Origin: Myxococcota bacterium
GTDB lineage: Bacteria > Myxococcota_A > UBA796 > UBA2385
Assembly: GCA_044344255.1 (NCBI GenBank)
Contig: JBIJDH010000022.1
Location: 64,001 to 128,000, forward strand
Reading direction: 5' to 3'
Length of the DNA stretch: 64,000 nt
In this document: one piece after another, positions 30,632-40,392 of the stretch
Layout: each line of letters starts with the position of its first letter
Numbering within the stretch: position 1 is the first letter of the stretch
Made by a program: the position numbers and the translations under genes
Notes under the pieces: generated by a model
What the model was told of the DNA's origin: nothing
Seen by the model: only the letters and a program-made list of their open reading frames with translations
The model's database searches: none

Positions 30632-32478
30632 GTGAAGAGCCGCAAGACGCCGGTCCCCTGGCGCCCGGCGCTGAGCTCGGCCGCTTCCGCGTGGTGGAGC
30701 TCGTGGGGGAAGGCGCGATGGCGCGGGTGTACCGGGTGCGCCACCGCGCCCTCAGCACCGAGCACGCCGTCAAGCTGCTGCGGAGCGCCGATCCGTCCCT
30801 CCGCCAGCGCCTCCTCCAGGAGGCCCGTGTCCAGGCGCGCATCCGCCACGACCACGTCGTCGCGGTCACCGACGTCCTCGAGCACGAGGGCCTGCCCGCC
30901 ATTGTCATGGAGTACGTGGCCGGCCGCTCGCTCGACCGCCGTCTCCACGAGGACGGCCCGCTGCCGCTCGACGTGGCCCGCCGTGTCTTCTCCGAGGTGC
31001 TCGACGCGGTGGGCGCCGCCCACGCGGCGGGCGTGCTCCACCGCGACCTCAAGCCGGGCAACGTCCTCCTCGCGGAAGAGGGCGAGCGCCTCATCGCGAA
31101 GGTCACCGACTTCGGCATCGCCAAGCTCGTCGCGGCCCCGGTCCGCGCCGACGAGACCCGCCACGGCGCCGCGATGGGCACCCCCGGCTACATGGCCCCC
31201 GAGCAGTGGGCCGACGCCCACTCTGTCGACGTCCGGGCCGACGTCTTCGGGCTCGGCGCGCTCTTCTACGAGTCGCTGACCGGCAAGACCCCCTTCGTCG
31301 GTCCGAGCCTCTTTACGGTGATGAAGCGCACCCTCGCGGGCGAACACGCGCCCCTCCGCGAGGGGCGCCCGGACTGCCCCCCCGCGCTGGCGGAGGCCAT
31401 CGAGCGGGCCCTTCGCCCCTCCCCCGAGGCGCGGTACCCCGACGTCGCCGCCTTCCGTCGGGCGCTCGAGGCCGCGTGGACCCAGCCCGACGTCCCCACC
31501 GAGGCCCCCGCCACGGCCCCCGAGCCCGTGGCCGAGACACCCCAGCCTGAGACCCTCCAGCCTGAGACACTCCAGCCCGAGGCGCTCGAGCCCGAGGCGC
31601 TCGAGCCCGAGCCACCCCAGCCCGAGCCTCCCGCTCGCGCGCGCCGGCCGCGCAGCCCGCTTTGGCTGGGCCTCTTTGTGCTGCCGATCGGGCTGTTGGT
31701 CTTCGCCGGCCTCTCCGCCGCCGGGGTCGCCGCCTGGTGGTGGAAGGGGGCGAGCCCGGTCCGCCGAGCCGCCGAGCCGATCGAGCCTCCCCCACCCCTC
31801 GCAGCGCCCGCGCCCCCAACCCCGGTGGTCTTCATCCCCGCCGGTGAGCTCCTCCAAGGTGAGGCCGGCCGCCCGGTGAGCGTCGCCGCCTTCCAGCTCG
31901 ACCGTTGGGAGCTGAGCGTGCTCCGTTACGACGAGTGCCACGCCGCCGGGGCCTGCAGCCGGCTCGCCGGCCCCGCTCCCACCTCCACCGAGCTGCCCGC
32001 TCGCGGCCTCTCTTGGGACCAGGCCTACACGGTCTGCGCCTACGAAGGCGGGCGACTGCCCACGGAGGCCGAGTGGGAGCGCGCGGCCGCCACCAGCCCG
32101 GAGCCCGGCCCGCGGCGAAGCTGGCCCTGGGGAGAGGCGCCCCCCGACTGTGAACACGCCCAGCACTCCGCCTGCAGCCCCCCGGGGCCCGTGGTCGTCG
32201 ACGCCCTGCCCCAGAGCGCCAGCGCCTGGGGGGTCGAGCAGCTCGCGGGCAACGTCTGGGAGTGGACCGCCAACCGGACCGCCAAGGGCCGCAGGGCCGG
32301 GCTCTTTCGCAAGGCCACAGAAGACCGCTACGCCCTCCGCGGCGGCGACTGGAGCTCGGACCCCGACGAGCTCAGCCCCACCGCCCGCCGATCCGCCGAC
32401 CACGACGATCACAGCTCCGCCTTCGGGGTGCGCTGCGCCTATGATGCCGGGGCCCAGCCCCGCCGGAGCCCCCCTTGA
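30628..32478 (+). CDS. membrane Ser/Thr kinase with C-terminal FGE-sulfatase domain
   Basis: HRDLKPGNV, DFGIAK, GTPGYMAPE, a TM helix, RLPTEAEWERAA, AGNVWEW, RGGDW, FGVRC; GTGA overlap with the previous gene. Confidence 0.92.
   Translation: MSEEPQDAGPLAPGAELGRFRVVELVGEGAMARVYRVRHRALSTEHAVKLLRSADPSLRQRLLQEARVQARIRHDHVVAVTDVLEHEGLPAIVMEYVAGRSLDRRLHEDGPLPLDVARRVFSEVLDAVGAAHAAGVLHRDLKPGNVLLAEEGERLIAKVTDFGIAKLVAAPVRADETRHGAAMGTPGYMAPEQWADAHSVDVRADVFGLGALFYESLTGKTPFVGPSLFTVMKRTLAGEHAPLREGRPDCPPALAEAIERALRPSPEARYPDVAAFRRALEAAWTQPDVPTEAPATAPEPVAETPQPETLQPETLQPEALEPEALEPEPPQPEPPARARRPRSPLWLGLFVLPIGLLVFAGLSAAGVAAWWWKGASPVRRAAEPIEPPPPLAAPAPPTPVVFIPAGELLQGEAGRPVSVAAFQLDRWELSVLRYDECHAAGACSRLAGPAPTSTELPARGLSWDQAYTVCAYEGGRLPTEAEWERAAATSPEPGPRRSWPWGEAPPDCEHAQHSACSPPGPVVVDALPQSASAWGVEQLAGNVWEWTANRTAKGRRAGLFRKATEDRYALRGGDWSSDPDELSPTARRSADHDDHSSAFGVRCAYDAGAQPRRSPP
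31534..31626 (+). repeat. 15-bp coding repeats (ETLQP/EALEP)
   Basis: GAGACCCTCCAGCCT-like units in the kinase linker. Confidence 0.75.
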
Positions 32479-32540
32479 GCACTCCTTGAGCACCCCTTGA
32501 GCAACCCTCTGCGCCCCCCTTTGAGCCCCCCTTTGAGCCC
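32471..32540 (+). repeat. short tandem CCTTGAGC repeats at the kinase stop codon
   Basis: CCTTGAGC at 32473, 32484 and 32495 (11-bp period), then two 12-bp CCCCCCTTTGAG units. Confidence 0.75.
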
Positions 32541-33129
32541 CACTGCCCTCCACCGCTGGATCCCCTGGTCCCTCGTGCTGCTGCGCCTGGTGCTGGCCCC
32601 GGTGGCCGTGGCCATCGCGTGGGCCGACCTCCCCCGCGTGATCTGGCTCGCCCAAGGCGCCGCCGCCGCCCTCTCCGACATCTACGACGGCAAGCTCGCC
32701 CGCCGCTGGGGCACCGTCACCCCGGGCCTCCGCCAAGCCGACAGCGTGGTCGACTCCATCTACGCGGTGGGGGTCGGCGTCAGCTTCCTGATCGCCGAGC
32801 CCGAGATCGCCCGCGCCCACGCGCCGGCCATCCTCCTCGTGCTGGGCCTCGAGCTCGCCCGTTACCCGCTCGACTGGCTGCGCTTCGGCCGCGGCGCGAG
32901 CTACCACGCCTGGAGCGCGCGCCTCTTCGGGATCGCGCTCATCCCGGCCACCTTCTTCGTCATGGGCTTCGGCTGGGCTGGCCCCCTCCTCTGGATCGCC
33001 CTCGCCATCGGCGTCTGGTCGGAGCTCGAGGGGGTGGCCATCTCCCTCGTGCTCCCCCGCTGGACCCACGACGTGCCGCACTTCGGCGCCGCGCTGGCCA
33101 TCCGCCGCGCCGCGAAGGGCCGCGCGTGA
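32497..33129 (+). CDS. CDP-alcohol phosphatidyltransferase family protein
   Basis: SDIYDGKLARRWG...G..ADSVVD motif; hydrophobic. Start uncertain. Confidence 0.88.
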   Translation: MSNPLRPPLSPPLSPTALHRWIPWSLVLLRLVLAPVAVAIAWADLPRVIWLAQGAAAALSDIYDGKLARRWGTVTPGLRQADSVVDSIYAVGVGVSFLIAEPEIARAHAPAILLVLGLELARYPLDWLRFGRGASYHAWSARLFGIALIPATFFVMGFGWAGPLLWIALAIGVWSELEGVAISLVLPRWTHDVPHFGAALAIRRAAKGRA

Positions 33130-33560
33130 GCGTCGGGGCGCGGCTGCTGGCCCGCTACCGCGCGCTCCCCGAGCTCCCGCGCATGGCCCTCACCGCGCTC
33201 CTCGGCGCCCTCACCGGCCTCGTGACCTACGAGATCATCTACCGGCTCAACCCCTTCGAGCCGCGCGCCACGTCGAGCTGGACGCTCTCCTTCCTGCTCG
33301 GGGTGGTCCGCCAGCACGCGCTCCACCGCTCGCTCACCTTCTCCGGCGAAGCCGAGCGCCGGGGCGCCTACTGGCCGAGCCTCGGCCGGGCCTATGTGCT
33401 CTACTCGGGCTCTCTGCTCTGGGGCACCGGCCTCTCCTACGTCCTCACCGAGGGCCTCGGGCTCCACCACCGCCTGTCCTGGCTGCTCTGCCTCCTGTCC
33501 ACGGCGGCGATCAGCCTCCTCTTCCTCAAGCGCTTCGTCTTTCGCCGCTCTGGCCCTTGA
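33126..33560 (+). CDS. GtrA-like four-TM membrane protein
   Basis: Four hydrophobic segments, LHRSLTF, KRFVF; GTGA overlap. Confidence 0.7.
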   Translation: MSVGARLLARYRALPELPRMALTALLGALTGLVTYEIIYRLNPFEPRATSSWTLSFLLGVVRQHALHRSLTFSGEAERRGAYWPSLGRAYVLYSGSLLWGTGLSYVLTEGLGLHHRLSWLLCLLSTAAISLLFLKRFVFRRSGP

Positions 33561-34308
33561 GGAGGGGGGCGTCGAGGTCGTGGAGGTCGACCCGCAGGTC
33601 ACAGGCCTCCGCGTGGCGGCCCACCAGCTCGGCGGCGAGGCGATAGGCTGGCCCCACGCGGGCCAGCATCGAGAAGGCTATGTTTCGCCGCGTGAAGGGG
33701 TCGCGGTCCCGTTCGATGAAGCGGCGGCGGGCCACCGGGTGGGGGAGCTCGACGAAGAGGCTCGTATGATCGGGGAAGTGCGGGGCATAGACCGCGCGGG
33801 ACAGGGTCCCCTCGATGATGAGCACGTCGCCCGGGTGGAGGTCCCAGCGTAAGGCCGGCGCCGGGCGCGGGTGGGCGAGGTTCCACCAGGCGACCTGAAG
33901 CTCCACCGCGGCCGATCTCCCCTCCCCGAGGCGGGCGCGGGCCTCTCGGAGGCTCTGGACGAAGGCACCGAGCCGCCGCTGGTCCAGGAAGCGCTGCGTC
34001 AGCTCGGCCTCCACGGAGGTCGCCGGAGCGCCGGAGAGGGCGAGGCGGAGGCCGCCGAGGATGGCCCGCGGGCTGCGGATCTGGGGCCCCAGGAACCAGT
34101 CGTTCTCGACCACCGCCACCTGCCGCCCCGCTGCCGAGAGGGTCGCCGACAGGCCGTGAGACAGGGTGGACTTCCCGCAGGCCGGCACCCCGTCGATCAG
34201 CAACAGGGCGAGGCCGGGGGCCGCGCGGCGGAGCAGACGCTCGCAGACCTCCTGCAACATCGAGGCATAGGCGGGCCCGGGGGGCCGCCGCTCCGTGCGC
34301 GCGGTCAT
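33526..34308 (-). CDS. uridine-kinase-like P-loop kinase
   Basis: IDGVPACGKST, ENDWF, IIEG, RFIERD. Confidence 0.7.
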   Translation of the reverse strand: MTARTERRPPGPAYASMLQEVCERLLRRAAPGLALLLIDGVPACGKSTLSHGLSATLSAAGRQVAVVENDWFLGPQIRSPRAILGGLRLALSGAPATSVEAELTQRFLDQRRLGAFVQSLREARARLGEGRSAAVELQVAWWNLAHPRPAPALRWDLHPGDVLIIEGTLSRAVYAPHFPDHTSLFVELPHPVARRRFIERDRDPFTRRNIAFSMLARVGPAYRLAAELVGRHAEACDLRVDLHDLDAPLLKGQSGERRSA

Positions 34309-35232
34309 TCAGAACGGGCCGCCCACCCGACAGGGCTCCTCATCGGCGCCGCTGCGCACGACGATGTCCTTCCAGGCGATGAGCACGCCGTCGGAGGCCC
34401 GAGACGTGGACAGGAGGTACGGCGCCACATCCACGCCGTCGAGCACGCCGTCCTCGTCATTCGTCGTCGCGGGCGGCCCCCGGTCGGCGTAGGCGGGGTG
34501 GGTTCGACAGATCTCGTCATTCAGGGCCTGATCGAAGAAGAGCTGTGAAGTGCCATAGGCCACGCCTCCCACCGTGACGGTGAAGTGGACGTGGATGGTG
34601 CGGCTGCCGTACCAACCTGGAAAGCAGGTGTTGAAGTCGACCCGGCCCCGGCTGTCCGTCGTCTGTCCGCCTCGGAAGAAACGATGCGCCACCGCGTCGG
34701 CGTCGCCGCCCGTGCACATCGGCTCGGCGTCATCCCCCGAATAGAGGCCCGCCCGCGACGTGTGCCAGACCTCCACCTTCGCGCCCACCACCGGCGCGCA
34801 GCGGGCGTCGAGCACCCGGAGGGCGAGGCGGGTGGGGAGACCATCGTAGCCCTCGCTGATGTCCTGCCGCTCCGGCGTGAGCGCGTAGCAGGGCCCGAGC
34901 GTCATCTCGCAGGTGAGGGCGCAGGCGGTCTCGGTGATGTCGGTGAAGGGGTCTGGATAGGAGGCCGCCATCGCCGCGGTGCCGCCGGTCGCCCAACCGC
35001 CGATGTCGCCGGTCTCGCCCTCGCCCTCGCCCTCGCCCTCGCCTTCACCCTCGCCTTCACCCTCTCCTCCACCTCCGCCCGGGCTCGCGGTCCCCGCGCC
35101 GCCAGACCCCTTTGCTCCGCACGCGGTGAGCGCGAGCAGCGCACCCGAGCCGCTGAGCAGGCGCCAGGCCACGAGACGACGGGTGGGGTGCCCCGAGAGG
35201 GGCTCCGGACCGACGAGGTGCTTCGGCCCCAT
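34309..35232 (-). CDS. intradiol ring-cleavage dioxygenase-like lipoprotein
   Basis: LTAC lipobox, GPCY, VEVWH..GLYS, FPGWY..RTIHVH (Tyr/Tyr/His/His iron ligands), TSQLFF. Confidence 0.88.
   Translation of the reverse strand: MGPKHLVGPEPLSGHPTRRLVAWRLLSGSGALLALTACGAKGSGGAGTASPGGGGGEGEGEGEGEGEGEGEGETGDIGGWATGGTAAMAASYPDPFTDITETACALTCEMTLGPCYALTPERQDISEGYDGLPTRLALRVLDARCAPVVGAKVEVWHTSRAGLYSGDDAEPMCTGGDADAVAHRFFRGGQTTDSRGRVDFNTCFPGWYGSRTIHVHFTVTVGGVAYGTSQLFFDQALNDEICRTHPAYADRGPPATTNDEDGVLDGVDVAPYLLSTSRASDGVLIAWKDIVVRSGADEEPCRVGGPF
35015..35066 (-). repeat. 6-bp repeat encoding a (Gly-Glu)n linker
   Basis: (TCGCCC)n/(TCACCC) array. Confidence 0.8.
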
Positions 35233-35235
35233 CGC

Positions 35236-35661
35236 TCAACCGCCCGTGTCGCCGTCGCAGGCGGCTTCCAGCCCGGCGTCGACGGCCTGACAGGCCTCAG
35301 TGCCGGTGGCCACGGCCTGGCCACTCTCATCACACATGGTGTCGACGCCGCACTCGATCGAGTCGAGGTCTTTCGTGCAGGCCTCCGCCTCCGCCGAGTT
35401 CTCCGCGAACCAATCCTCCGCCCCCGGGCAGGCCGAGGCGATCTGCCCCACGAAAGACAGGCAGTCCGCCTCGCTCGAGAAGGACAGGGAGCCACCGCAC
35501 TCCGCGGCCGTCGTGTCGGCGCAGTCCTGATCGGAGTACACACGGCAGTACGCCGCGAGGTAGTCGTCGAGCAGGGCCGCGCCGTCCCCCTCGGGCTTTC
35601 CGCCGCAGGCGATCGAGAGGAGCGTGAGCAGGACAGGGAGACGGGTCAAAGTTGGCTCCAT
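35236..35661 (-). CDS. Cys-rich acidic lipoprotein
   Basis: LSIAC lipobox; about 10 Cys. Confidence 0.8.
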   Translation of the reverse strand: MEPTLTRLPVLLTLLSIACGGKPEGDGAALLDDYLAAYCRVYSDQDCADTTAAECGGSLSFSSEADCLSFVGQIASACPGAEDWFAENSAEAEACTKDLDSIECGVDTMCDESGQAVATGTEACQAVDAGLEAACDGDTGG

Positions 35662-35694
35662 CGGGGGACAAGCGGGTAGGCTCCAGCGGCGGGC

Positions 35695-37602
35695 TCAGGG
35701 ACAGACCGTGTCGCCCCAGACGTCGTCGTTGTTGTCGGAGTGGCACTCGGAGATGGCACCGTCGCCGTTCACGCGCAAGCGGAGCTGACTCACCGGCGTC
35801 GAGAGGCCGGTGAGGTTGATCTCCACGGCGTCCGAGAGCCAGCCGGAGGGCACCGTCTCGGTCCAGGTCTGGCTGTGGATCACCGTGGGCGTGCCGCCGA
35901 CGTCGGCCAGGAGCTCGACCAGGAAGGGCGTGCTGATGTCGCTCGTGCCGTTGTTCGCGACCGCGAACCAGACGGTGACGTCACCCGCCGCGCAGTTGTC
36001 GGCGCAGACGTCCATGATCCGCCCCGTGAGGTCAGGCAGGCCGCTACCCGAAACCGGGGTGATGTCGCCGGAGCGGAAATTGTTGTAGCCGGCCTCCCAG
36101 TTCTGCTCGGGGGTGCCGGGGATGGTCACGTCGTCGTTGACGTTCGTGATGCTGTAGGCGTGCTCGTTCCAGACCGGGCGGCCCGACATCCAGGTGTTGT
36201 CGGCGTCGCCCACCACCCGCACCCCCTGCTCGGAGCCCGAGTAGGCGCTGCTCGTGTAGATGATCTCGGCGTGCCCATCGTTGTCCACGTCGGCGATGGT
36301 GGGGTACTCCGAGCAGGTGGCCGAGCTGTGCTCGCTCTCCTCAAGCTTGGTGGCGCCGGTGGCCCCGTCGAAGACGAAGAGGTTGTTCTCGTCGGCGTAG
36401 ACCACCTCGGCGGCGCCGTCCCCCTCGAAGTCGAAGACCGCGCTGCCGGTGAAGCCCGACGAGTAGTCGACCGTCGCCCGCGACCAGAGCACCGAGCCGG
36501 CCGAGTTCAGCACGATGTAGACGCCCGAGCCGGCGACGCCGATGTCCGGCGTGCCGTTGCCATCGAAGTCGGCGACGGTGGGCGGCCCAGAGGTGGAGCC
36601 GGTGTAGCTGCCGCTCCAGAGCACGGTGCCGTCATCGTCCTGGAGGCGGATGGTGCCCACGTTCGAGACCACGATCTCGCCCTGGGGATCGGCGTCGAAA
36701 TTGGCCACCGCCACGAAGCCGTCGGACTGGCCATTGTACCAGATGGCGTTGCCGCTCGCGTCGTAGAGGGCGTTACCGACCACGGCCTCCTGGATGCCGT
36801 CGCCGTCGATGTCGGCGGCCACGCCCATCGCCGCGGCCCAGCCCCCGCTGAAGCCGGTGCCGGAGCCGTAGGAGCCGCGCCCACGCAAGCTGCCGTCAGA
36901 GCCGTTGAGGATGACGCTGCCGAGCAGGATCTCGACCTGCCCGTCTCCGTCGAGGTCTGCCGCGCCGACGGCGCCGCAGTAGGCGTTGCTCACGCCGGCC
37001 ACCGACCAGACGGTCTCTCCGTTGCCGCGCACGGCGAGCGTCTGGTTGACGCCGGAGCCGATCACCTCGGGGCGCCCATCCCCGGTGACGTCGGCGAGGG
37101 CGGCGGTCATCGGCTCGCTGCCCATGCTGCCCGCCCGCCAGAGCTCGGCCCCGGTGTCGCCGGCGAGCGCCACCAGCTGGCCGCCCGTGGTGGCGACGAC
37201 GACGGCGGGCATGTCGTTCTCGTCGACGAGGCCGTCGCCGTTCTCGTCGTAAATGCGCCCCACGACCGGGCTCGTGTAGGTGTCGCCCACCGCGTTGTTG
37301 CGCCACTTGATCACGGGGGTGAAGGTGCCGACCACGGGCTCGCTGGCGCAGCTCTCATCGAGCGTGGTGGCGGTGCCGGCGAAGGACTGGTCCGGGCAGG
37401 AGGCGACCTCGTCGGTGTCTCCCGGGGTCTCCTCATCCGGCTCTCCGGTGTCTTCCCCTCGGCCCGGCGGCTTCTCCCCGGCGGAGAGGCCGTTGTCGAT
37501 CGAGCAGCCGGCCAGCCCGGCGAGCCCGATGAGGAGCCCGTGGAGGGGCCCGTTGAAGAGGGAGAGTCGGAGGGGAAGGCGGGGATCAAACGCGCGGCGC
37601 AT
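35695..37602 (-). CDS. FG-GAP/VCBS beta-propeller lipoprotein with CARDB-like C-terminus
   Basis: LAGC lipobox; ADVTGDG, ADLDGDG, ADIDGDG, ADFDGNG, FDFEGDG, ADVDNDG repeats; PDL...ISECHSDNN. Confidence 0.88.
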   Translation of the reverse strand: MRRAFDPRLPLRLSLFNGPLHGLLIGLAGLAGCSIDNGLSAGEKPPGRGEDTGEPDEETPGDTDEVASCPDQSFAGTATTLDESCASEPVVGTFTPVIKWRNNAVGDTYTSPVVGRIYDENGDGLVDENDMPAVVVATTGGQLVALAGDTGAELWRAGSMGSEPMTAALADVTGDGRPEVIGSGVNQTLAVRGNGETVWSVAGVSNAYCGAVGAADLDGDGQVEILLGSVILNGSDGSLRGRGSYGSGTGFSGGWAAAMGVAADIDGDGIQEAVVGNALYDASGNAIWYNGQSDGFVAVANFDADPQGEIVVSNVGTIRLQDDDGTVLWSGSYTGSTSGPPTVADFDGNGTPDIGVAGSGVYIVLNSAGSVLWSRATVDYSSGFTGSAVFDFEGDGAAEVVYADENNLFVFDGATGATKLEESEHSSATCSEYPTIADVDNDGHAEIIYTSSAYSGSEQGVRVVGDADNTWMSGRPVWNEHAYSITNVNDDVTIPGTPEQNWEAGYNNFRSGDITPVSGSGLPDLTGRIMDVCADNCAAGDVTVWFAVANNGTSDISTPFLVELLADVGGTPTVIHSQTWTETVPSGWLSDAVEINLTGLSTPVSQLRLRVNGDGAISECHSDNNDDVWGDTVCP

Positions 37603-37752
37603 GCAGTCTCGGGCCTCGGGCGACGGGGAGCTCACCCGACAAGGTAGCAGAAGTCGACGGACCCCGGGGTCCAGGATCGAGGTCGGCGCGCGCCCGCCCG
37701 GACCACCCACCCCGGCCGCGTTAGAGAGCCCGACCTTGGAGGTCCGCGGCCC

Positions 37753-39294
37753 ATGCTCAGCCCCATCCCCCGCACCGGCGGCCGCGCGCACCCTCTCGCC
37801 CCGTCATCCCTCGCCGCGCTCGCCGCGCTCGCCGTGCTCTCCGCCTGCGGCGCCGCCGATGTCTCTCTCGCGCCCCCGCCCGCTCCGCGTGAGCCCTGCG
37901 GGGCCTCCGTGAGCCCTCCGGAGGGCTTCACCGAGCTCGCCCTCGACTCCAAGCTCGAGGGCCGCCGCTACTCGGGGCCGGACGGCGCGCAGCTCATCTT
38001 CACCTGCATCCCCAAGTGGCGCTCCGGCCCCTCCCGCCTCGAAGACCACGCGCAGGAGGTGGTAGACGAGCTCGTGATGGGCATCCCGGCCGACCAGGTC
38101 GAGGTCGCGCCGGCCGGCTCCGCCGAGGAGATCGATGGCCACCGGGTCTATGCCTTCGAGATGAGCGTGCTCAGCCCCGAGGCGCCCACCCGCTCGGCCC
38201 TGGTCTTCACCGAGCGGGCGCAGATGTACTACTGGATCCGCTACACCGCCCCCGTGGCCCAGTGGCCGGCCCAAGCCGAGAAGGTCCAGTCCGTCTTCCG
38301 CTCCTTCAAGGTGCTCGACCCGAGCGCCGACCAGGGCCCCACCCGCTGGTGGAAGAAGCGCGTGATGGCCGACCAACGCCGCTTCACGGAGGCCCGGGCG
38401 GCCTTCAAGACGCGGGTGCGTGACGGCCGTCCCTCCACCTTCTCGGGCCAACCGGCGCCGAAGCCCCCCGCCGACCTCTTCACCCTGGTCACCGTGCAGG
38501 GCCCGGTGGGCGGCCTCGCCACCTACGTCACGCCCGACCCCGGCGACGGCAAGCGGCACCCCGCGGTGGTCTGGGCGCACGGCGGGCACGGCGAGATCGG
38601 CGGCAGCGCCTGGGCCCCCGCCTCCCGGTCGAGCGACTCCTCCGGGCGGGCCCTCCGCGAGGTCGGCCTCGTGATGGCGGTGGGCTCCTGGCGGGCGGAG
38701 AACGACAACCCCGGCGACTTCGAGCTCTTCTACGGCGAGGTCGACGACCTGCTCGCGGTGCGCGACTACGTCGCCACCCTCCCCTACGTCGATCCCGACC
38801 GCATCTACCTCGCCGGCTACGGCGCCGGCGGCACCCTCGTGCTGCTCGCCGCCGCCAAGGACGACCGCTTCCGCGCCGCCTTCTCTATCGGCGGCGACCC
38901 CTGGATCGACGACTTCGAAGACTACGGCTACCTCGGCGGCATCCCCTTCGGCAGCAAGGGCGAAGGTAAGAACGAGACCGAGGCCTTCTACCGCTCGGCC
39001 GCGCCCTTCGTGGGCTCGATCCGCCGCCCCACCTGGTACATCGAGGGCAAGGCCCGCCCCGCTGGCCTCGCCCAGTGGATGGAGGACCAGGCGCGGCCGA
39101 GCGGCGTGCCCTTCACCGCGCTCATCGCCCTGCAGGCCACCCACAAGGACATCGCCGCGCCGGCGACCGAGCTCATCGCCCAGAAGATCCTCGCCGATAC
39201 GGGCCCCGAGGTGGCGATCACGCTGACGCAAGCCGAGATCGACGCCCTCGTGGTGGGCGACGCCCCCTCCGCCAAGACAGCCGCCGTCCACTGA
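37753..39294 (+). CDS. lipoprotein with prolyl-oligopeptidase-like alpha/beta hydrolase domain (nucleophile Ser absent)
   Basis: LSAC lipobox; VWAHGG, RAENDNPG.FELFYGEVDD, LPYVDPDRIYLAGYGAGG. Confidence 0.8.
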   Translation: MLSPIPRTGGRAHPLAPSSLAALAALAVLSACGAADVSLAPPPAPREPCGASVSPPEGFTELALDSKLEGRRYSGPDGAQLIFTCIPKWRSGPSRLEDHAQEVVDELVMGIPADQVEVAPAGSAEEIDGHRVYAFEMSVLSPEAPTRSALVFTERAQMYYWIRYTAPVAQWPAQAEKVQSVFRSFKVLDPSADQGPTRWWKKRVMADQRRFTEARAAFKTRVRDGRPSTFSGQPAPKPPADLFTLVTVQGPVGGLATYVTPDPGDGKRHPAVVWAHGGHGEIGGSAWAPASRSSDSSGRALREVGLVMAVGSWRAENDNPGDFELFYGEVDDLLAVRDYVATLPYVDPDRIYLAGYGAGGTLVLLAAAKDDRFRAAFSIGGDPWIDDFEDYGYLGGIPFGSKGEGKNETEAFYRSAAPFVGSIRRPTWYIEGKARPAGLAQWMEDQARPSGVPFTALIALQATHKDIAAPATELIAQKILADTGPEVAITLTQAEIDALVVGDAPSAKTAAVH

Positions 39295-39318
39295 GCCCCT
39301 CCCCCGCCGCGGCCCCGC

Positions 39319-40185
39319 TCAGCCGCCCCCGCCGCCTCCGGCACCCGCAGCGGGACCCTTGGCCTCCTTGGGCAACCAGAGCGTCGTGGCGAGGCCCGCG
39401 CGCCGGAGCGCCCGGAGGCACCACCACGTGGGGTCAAAGCCGCCGTGGAGGCCGTGGCAGGCGCTGCGCGGGTAACGGTGGTGGGCGTTGTGGTAGGCCT
39501 CGCCGAGCGTGAAGGGGGCGAGCCAGGGAACGTCCCGCGAGCCCTCGCCGGTGTCGTAGGGGGCCCGCCCGAAGGCCGCGCCGTGGCAGATCGAGTTCAC
39601 GGCCCAGCTCGAGTTGGTCAAGCAGAGGTGCAGGGCCCACAGCCAGAGCAGCCCCGCCGGCCCGGCGAGCCACCACAGGGCGCTGAGCTGCAGGGTGAAG
39701 AGGGAGACCGTCAGGAGGGGCCGCTCGAGGGCCATCAGGACACGATCCTCGCGGAGGTCCTTACAGAGCTCCAGCCAGACCGGCGGGTTCCGGCCTTGGA
39801 GGCGGCGGATGTCGTGGAGCAGCGTCAGTGCCTGCTGGCCGAAGCCCGAGGCCGCGAAGAGCAGGATCGGCAAGGCCCCCAGCCGCCGCCCGAAGGCCCG
39901 CTCGAGCAGCCAGCCGGCGTGCGCCTGGAGGAGCCCGCCGTTCACCGGGCTGTGCGGGTCTCCCGGGCCGTCGCTCTCGAGGTGGTGGTGCCGATGGAGC
40001 CCGATCCACAAGAGCGGCGGCCCCGCGTGCAGCGCCCCCAGCAGCGCGAGCGCCGCCCGCAGCGCCGGCCGCGCCGTGAAGGCCCGGTGCGTGAAGAGCC
40101 GGTGGTAGCCGAGGGTGTTGCCGAGCCCGAGCGCCACGAAGGCGGGCAGGAAGCTGGCCATCAGGAGCGCGGTCGTCGTCGTCAT
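39319..40185 (-). CDS. acyl-CoA (delta-9 type) fatty acid desaturase
   Basis: His boxes HRLFTH, HRHHH, HNAHH; DPHSP, VNSICH, GEAY. Confidence 0.92.
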   Translation of the reverse strand: MTTTTALLMASFLPAFVALGLGNTLGYHRLFTHRAFTARPALRAALALLGALHAGPPLLWIGLHRHHHLESDGPGDPHSPVNGGLLQAHAGWLLERAFGRRLGALPILLFAASGFGQQALTLLHDIRRLQGRNPPVWLELCKDLREDRVLMALERPLLTVSLFTLQLSALWWLAGPAGLLWLWALHLCLTNSSWAVNSICHGAAFGRAPYDTGEGSRDVPWLAPFTLGEAYHNAHHRYPRSACHGLHGGFDPTWWCLRALRRAGLATTLWLPKEAKGPAAGAGGGGGG

Positions 40186-40376
40186 GTGTCTCCGCCCCTC
40201 CCCGGCGGCCGGCCGGCCCCCGACCGAGCCTAAGCCGTCGGCGCCGCCCCGCCCCGTGCGCGCGCCGGCCCCTCGGATGAGCGGCCGGTGAGCGGCGCGG
40301 GGCCGATCGATGCGCGCGCGCATCCCTGTCCACGCTCGTCCCACAAACAAACGCCCGTTTTTCACGAGGGTGGCGG

Positions 40377-40392
40377 TGGCACGCACCTTGCT
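40377..40392 (+). promoter_or_regulatory. sigma54 (-24/-12) promoter of the halogenase operon
   Basis: TGGCACG-CACC-TTGCT exact consensus, about 93 bp before ATG 40485 (AGGAG RBS). Confidence 0.85.

Noticed and set aside
39319..40185. Desaturase as part of the halogenase cluster
   Set aside because: Divergent from the sigma54 promoter and an ordinary delta-9 type; no evidence of linkage beyond adjacency.
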